The notes beneath the pieces were generated by a model that was given only the letters and a program-made list of their open reading frames with translations, was not told the DNA's origin and searched no databases. 64,000 nucleotides of DNA from Setoptus koraiensis. Taxonomy: Eukaryota; Animalia; Arthropoda. Of this stretch, positions 58,435-64,000 are shown in pieces. The number at the start of each line of letters is the position of its first letter. Positions within the stretch are counted from its first letter, which is position 1. The translations under genes and the position numbers were made by a program. The stretch covers positions 6,758,001-6,822,000 of the forward strand of contig CM106585.1 of NCBI GenBank assembly GCA_048013815.1, given 5' to 3'.

Positions 58435-60334
58435 ATTGGAGGAAAATGCTCCAAGTTGTGTGTCACATCCTTTTTTATTGATTATCCATTCAAGCTAACG
58501 ACGTCTACAGATTAGAATACTACTTGTGTTCATTAGTGGAGAGATGTTGCTAAAGATATAGCTGTTTGATTGAATTAGCAGAGGTGAGGAGGAGAAAAAA
58601 ATTGTTTAATCGGTCAGAGTCAATCTGTGTGAGCCAGATAGAGTGGTTGCGTTTTATTTGGTCGACGGTCAAGTTGAATGTGTGCTTCCCTTTCTCAATG
58701 TTCGTTATCATTGCAACAGCAGCAGCGGCAGACTTTTTCCTTTTTTCCCCTTTTGTATCTCATTTGGCATCTCATTTGGCATCTCAACTGCGGCACTGCC
58801 ATAGCGAACATGGAGAGCGCAAGACGAAGAAGAACAAGTTGCAGGTTGAGGTTGGCCATCCTTGATGATTTGCAACAGGCAGCAGCAGCGTCGACAGCAG
58901 TGAGTGCACTGACTACTTGTTGCTTTCCCCGTTGTGCGCCTCCATTTCATCTTCTTCTTCTTCTTTTTCAGGCAGAGAGAGAGAGAGAGAGAGAATCTCT
59001 TGTTGGCGTATGTTTATTCGAGCCGGCTTGTGAATCGATCTGATCGACCATGATAGGTCGCTCATCAGCTTTGTTACTGTTGTAGAACTTTTAGTGTGTG
59101 TGTGTGTGTATAAGTTGGCTGGCTGCTTTATTCTTCTCCACTCTTGAAGAGTTGCCTGTGTGTTTGTTCACCGTCATTGTGAGTTGCGGTGCAAGGAGGC
59201 AGCCAGGTATACACTGGCATACCAGCACACTGGTGTGTGTGTGTGTGTGTGTGCCGCAGAGAAAAGATGGCAACTAGTTGCACTGGCGCTCGTAGCTGCA
59301 TCAACTAGTTTCTGGCTGCGCTGGACGCCGGCCACTAAAAATAGGTTTCCCTGTGTGTGTGTGTGTGTGCCTGGCTGCGTTTGTGTCGGTGCCAGCGGAG
59401 TGCACAGTAGTTTATAGGACTTATTTACACCAGTGGCTTTATCATAACGAACTTGTTCGCTTTTCTTCTTCTTCTTTCTTCATCGAACGGCGACCAGCAA
59501 GACGAACGAACCAAACCGTTCAGCGCCTATATCGTGCATAACAAATTGAAAATTTGTATCTATTACTGCGCTCCAGCGTCCATAGTGAGCTGCTCCAAAT
59601 TCGTTGTGTGTGTGTGTGTGTTTTTTTTCTCCAGTTCCATTGTGAGTGTCTTTCCGCGCGTCTGCTCGGCCAATTCGGTAGATTCGGTTAGAGTAGAATG
59701 TTCCCCTAGCAGCACTCGTTAAGCAGCAACTACCCCCAAACAGATAAGAACAAAATCCACCGACGCAGAAACGAACATCGAACAAATTGTGTTATCAACG
59801 ACGAGCGTTGCATTACGGCCAATCACTCATCGAATATCCACAATTGTAATTAATTATCCGCACGACGGTCAGGTGAATTTATCCCGTATTTAGTTTGCAC
59901 CCGGTGAGCGCACCCAGTGAATAAGTTTAAAATAAATCAAACCGTTCGACAGAGTCTGGTTGCCACAAACGAGCCTCGATACTGCACCCGCATTCGCAAG
60001 CCGAAATGATCACAAGATGGTAGCGGATCACAATCAGACCAAAATGATCGTCCACAGCCGGCCCCGGTGCATCCATGTCACGAAATCGCTCCAGCAAACC
60101 AGAAATTAGAAAAAATTACAATTCAACAGCCAAACAGCCATTATATTTTTATTTTTATTATTATTAATCGCCATTTTATACAACACATCAAGACATCATA
60201 CATTGTTTATCGCGCGATAAACAACAAACAAAATGGTTGCCACCACAGGCACGAGACATCATCATAGTGGGCAATTCCACATTGTCCGTCAAGATATCAA
60301 CTTAAGTTACTACAAAAGCAAAAGATTGGATATA

Positions 60335-63300
60335 ATGAGATCCATCAGGGATGTTCCTCGATCTATCGTTAGGCCCACTTGTTTGAATAGATTTTTATTA
60401 TTAAATTATTTATTGTTATCCACAGTCACATTTTTATTGTGTGCACAACTATTCCTCTCAACAACTGTCTCTGGTCAACAAAGAAGCCAATTACCAAAGT
60501 TTTTAGACCAATTTAGCATGAGAGACTTTCACATTGACGAATCAAAACCCATAGGATCCATTGTTTACACCCTGAAAGGCGAAGACCCAAAAGGCGGAAG
60601 AGTCAATTATGCCATAAGCACAGATGTATTTGATGTAGATTCAGAAACTGGTAATGTTAAACTAATTAAACAATTAGATCGGGAAACCAAATCTAAGATT
60701 GATGTTATTATAAGCGTGTCAGACAATAATGGTGAAGTAACATCACTCAAAAGGACTATAACTGTGGACGATGCAGACGATTCGTTGCCCGTATTTCAAC
60801 AAAATATTAATTCAACACACAAGTTCAATCCAACATCTACAGCCAACTACGCTATCAAAGTTCTCGAATCTGTGCCTGTTGATCAAATCATTTCCAGCGA
60901 TATTCTAGTGACAGATGCTGATGAAGGAACAAATGCTGACATATTATTCGAGTGTAAATCTAGCAAAACGGCGTGCCAGACCTTTGAGATCGTCTCTAGA
61001 AGACTTTCTCCAGGGCGTTACAGTTTTAATTTAAAAACTAAACAAAGTCTCGATTTTGAACAAACACAATCGTACAGATTGACAGTTGTAGCGAAAGGAA
61101 GAAAATCAGAAAGAGAAAAAGAGGCTATTATCGATATATCAGTTGTCAATGTTCAAGATGAACGACCGAAATTCGTGAATGCCCCTTACTTGATAACTGT
61201 CGAAGAAAATACACGCTCTGAACAAGTAGTCCTGAAAGTAGATGTACAAGATGGCGACCTGATGGATCAACGCAAGTTGGGCCTGATAAAATTCAATGAT
61301 CCCAGTAACTATTTTACCGTGACGAGAGAGCAAGATGCTGAAACTATATGGTATATAGAGACATCAGAAATTATGATAGACAGGGAAGATCCGATTATTG
61401 CAGCTAAAGGCGGATTGTATGAATTTAATCTTGTTGCCTTTGAATTGGATGACGGAGGCCGACCTATTATTGGACCTAGCGAAAAGACAAACACCACTAC
61501 AGTAGTCCATGTCATGATAGTAGATGTAAGAGATTCTCTGCCGAAATTCACCAGGCTTGATGGTACTACATTCAACGAACCTTTTATATCTTTGAATATC
61601 TCAGAAAGTCTAACTACCGGTTCCGCTGTTGCTGGTATTGACCTTATGGTATCCGACGACGATATAGATAGCAATGCCATATTCTCTTTGGTCCTCATCG
61701 ATTCTGATGAAACAAAAGCAAGTTCAGTCTTCTCTGTAGAGCCTGCCATAGTTCAGGGCCAAGCACCTGTTATATTAAGAATTGTTAATTCTACCCTGCT
61801 AGATTATGAAGACGAACGATGTAGGCGTTACAACTTTGCATTGATTGCTCTGAAAGATAATGAAAACAAAGTTGTTTTGCCGGTAACGGTTAACGTGCAG
61901 GATGCTAATGACAATGCTCCACAATTCGTTACTGATCAGTTCATTGTACAGATACCTGAAAGTGTGTCCGCCAACACATTGATTCATACGATTACTGCCA
62001 CAGATAAGGATTCTAATCTTTACGGTGAAATAAATTATACCCTCAGTGGATTTGAAGCAAAAAAGTTCAAACTTGACACGAAAACCGGAGAAATAATGAT
62101 CGCGGACTGCGGCCAACCTCAATGCCTGGATTACGAGTCCGAGTCTATGTACTTTTTGACTTACGAAGCCCGTGATGGAGGAGGAAAGTTCGCAACTGCA
62201 AGCCTTATTATTCAAGTTTTGGATACCAACGATCATGCGCCTGTGTTTTCAGAAAAAATCTACAGGAGGGAACTCATTACTGACAATATCAAAAACTACA
62301 TTTCTCCTCCATTAGTCGTCAAAGCAAAAGACAATGATGGTCCTAACAACGGTGGCCAAGGAAATGTGAAATACAGTCTAAATGATTCAAACCTAACTGG
62401 TCTTACAGTAGATCCTATAACTGGCCAAGTGTCCTTAACTAAACAATTGGATATAAAGAAATTAGTTCCTAAAACTTTCGTAGATCGGAAAATTGTTTTT
62501 CAAGCTGAGGTGGTAGCCACAGACAACGGAGAACAACCATTGAGTGGAACTGCTTCGATTGTATTGATTCTTAAGGGTGATCGCGATGGAGCACCAAGAT
62601 TTATAAATGAACCTTACCGTGTTACGGTGAGAGAAGACCAAAAACCTGATTTGACCATTTTCAAAGTCGAAGCAATCGATCCGGATGGTACCGATTCTCA
62701 ACTACGTTATTCGGTGGGTTATGATAAGAATAGCCTCGTGAACATCAACGCAACCACTGGTGAACTATCCATTGACGCTAATGCTGATCTAGATTATAAT
62801 TGTTTCAAAGATAAACGATACAATATCACTGTTTATACAACAGACAACGGAAAACCTTATCCTCTGAGTGCACAGACGACTGTAACACTTTTGATTGAAG
62901 ATGTGAACAATAAGCCCCCGAAATTCAGAACAAATGAAGTTTCCTCCATCATCAATGCAGGCAGAACGATGGTCAATGATGTTGTGGCGAAAATGGAGGC
63001 CGATGATACTGATACGACCTCCATACTGAGATATTCCATAGATGGGGAACTTACAAATATCCGAGATCGCGGAGGAGTGTTGTTCACGCTAGACGACATA
63101 GTTAATTCAACAGATAACTATCTTAACGAGATGTCATCGAGGGATAGGATTGACATGCAAACTAGAATAACTAAAATGTTCAGCATTGATACAAGCACCG
63201 GTGACGTTCGGATGTTGATTGAACCAGATTACGCTTTTATATCTTTAGTCAACCTGACGATAAGAGTAACCGATGTGAATCAATTCAACCCATATGGACA

Positions 63301-64000
63301 GGAACCAGAGCAAACTGATGTAGCACATTGCTTGATATATTTACAAAATACTCTAGATAGAAGTCCCGTTTTCGCTGCTCCTTGGGGAAACAACGGGAGC
63401 AATTATGAAATCTCCATAGACGAGGAAATACAAGTTGGATCAACGATACTCACACTTGTAGCTAGAGATCCCCCAACAAATCAACCAATCAAAAATATTA
63501 TGAAGGTGACCGAAAGCGATCCTAAGAACTTCTTTAACGTTGAACCTGCAGGAATAGTCAGAATTGCTAAAAGGATTGACTACGAAGATTTACCATTTCC
63601 GAAGCAGCTTAGCCTAAGTGTCAGAGCTATTGGAAATTTGGAAGATAATGAAGTCCTAACAACAACAATGCGAATAATTGTCAAAGTTAATGATCTCAAT
63701 GACAATCCTCCCATTTTCTCCAGTGATTCCTACATAGGGAATGTGAGCGAATCGGCTGTTTTCCCTCATAACATACTTACTGTGTCAGCGGAGGATAAGG
63801 ATTCTAGCAGTCATGTATTCTACGATGTCTCCGGTCATGGTAGTGAATTGTTCGATATAGATTCAGGAGGATCGATATTCATCAGACGAAACGTAAGACT
63901 CGACAGAGAGTTGGAATCAATGTATTTACTGCAAGTTACTGCCAGTGATTGCAATAAAAACCAATCTTCAAATCCCGACCAGTCCGGTTGCAGTCGATCT
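60335..64000 (+). CDS. Non-classical cadherin, Cad88C/cadherin-23-like, 5'-partial view (ORF open to the window end, no intron seen)
   Basis: ATG at 60335 and a hydrophobic signal (FLLLNYLLLSTVTFLLCAQLFLSTTVSG). EC1 reads GSIVYTLKGEDPKGGRVNYAIS...VDSETGNVKLIKQLDRETK...VIISVSD, closely resembling Cad88C EC1 as I recall it. Repeated LDRE/LDYE, DxNDNxP and AxDxD calcium motifs. The frame was open wherever I translated it (60335-~61920 and the last lines); the ORF is missing from the track because it has no stop in the window. Confidence 0.9.
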   Translation, partial: MRSIRDVPRSIVRPTCLNRFLLLNYLLLSTVTFLLCAQLFLSTTVSGQQRSQLPKFLDQFSMRDFHIDESKPIGSIVYTLKGEDPKGGRVNYAISTDVFDVDSETGNVKLIKQLDRETKSKIDVIISVSDNNGEVTSLKRTITVDDADDSLPVFQQNINSTHKFNPTSTANYAIKVLESVPVDQIISSDILVTDADEGTNADILFECKSSKTACQTFEIVSRRLSPGRYSFNLKTKQSLDFEQTQSYRLTVVAKGRKSEREKEAIIDISVVNVQDERPKFVNAPYLITVEENTRSEQVVLKVDVQDGDLMDQRKLGLIKFNDPSNYFTVTREQDAETIWYIETSEIMIDREDPIIAAKGGLYEFNLVAFELDDGGRPIIGPSEKTNTTTVVHVMIVDVRDSLPKFTRLDGTTFNEPFISLNISESLTTGSAVAGIDLMVSDDDIDSNAIFSLVLIDSDETKASSVFSVEPAIVQGQAPVILRIVNSTLLDYEDERCRRYNFALIALKDNENKVVLPVTVNVQDANDNAPQFVTDQFIVQIPESVSANTLIHTITATDKDSNLYGEINYTLSGFEAKKFKLDTKTGEIMIADCGQPQCLDYESESMYFLTYEARDGGGKFATASLIIQVLDTNDHAPVFSEKIYRRELITDNIKNYISPPLVVKAKDNDGPNNGGQGNVKYSLNDSNLTGLTVDPITGQVSLTKQLDIKKLVPKTFVDRKIVFQAEVVATDNGEQPLSGTASIVLILKGDRDGAPRFINEPYRVTVREDQKPDLTIFKVEAIDPDGTDSQLRYSVGYDKNSLVNINATTGELSIDANADLDYNCFKDKRYNITVYTTDNGKPYPLSAQTTVTLLIEDVNNKPPKFRTNEVSSIINAGRTMVNDVVAKMEADDTDTTSILRYSIDGELTNIRDRGGVLFTLDDIVNSTDNYLNEMSSRDRIDMQTRITKMFSIDTSTGDVRMLIEPDYAFISLVNLTIRVTDVNQFNPYGQEPEQTDVAHCLIYLQNTLDRSPVFAAPWGNNGSNYEISIDEEIQVGSTILTLVARDPPTNQPIKNIMKVTESDPKNFFNVEPAGIVRIAKRIDYEDLPFPKQLSLSVRAIGNLEDNEVLTTTMRIIVKVNDLNDNPPIFSSDSYIGNVSESAVFPHNILTVSAEDKDSSSHVFYDVSGHGSELFDIDSGGSIFIRRNVRLDRELESMYLLQVTASDCNKNQSSNPDQSGCSRS

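Noticed and set aside
61139-63099. Minus-strand ORFs listed in the track over 61.1-63.1 kb
   Set aside because: They are antisense shadows of the long plus-strand cadherin ORF.

Overview
Eukaryotic (arthropod-like) nuclear DNA. I found no prokaryotic, CRISPR, rRNA, tRNA or recognisable transposon features. Genes from left to right: DCAF13/Sof1 (+, 2 exons); C/EBP-gamma-like bZIP (-); Shal/Kv4 potassium channel (+, 5 coding exons from 4548 to 49245, with a 41,098-nt GC-rich intron splitting the pore motif TLG|YGD); then a compact AT-richer cluster with uninterrupted CDSs: PSMD12/Rpn5 (-), KTI12 (-), LSm7 (+), a secreted DM4/DM12-like protein (-), a probable mitochondrial ValRS (+) and a Cad88C/cadherin-23-like gene (+, runs off the window). 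This intron-poor layout suggests a streamlined acariform (possibly eriophyoid) mite genome; that is inference only. The strongest unexplained signal is the splicing architecture of Shal. Introns 1 and 2 each end in a ~390-nt A/C-rich stretch with no AG dinucleotide. Each stretch begins with a branch-point match plus pyrimidine tract (a perfect TACTAAC 378 nt upstream of exon 2), pointing to a distant-branch-point / AG-scanning mechanism. Other leads: a 137-aa polyQ insertion in the extracellular S1-S2 loop of the channel; a stop-free in-frame intron; a ValRS lacking its C-terminal tRNA-elbow-binding coiled coil; a hairpin-dense island inside the giant intron; and families of related minisatellites. 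All counts and alignments were made by eye; none were computed.
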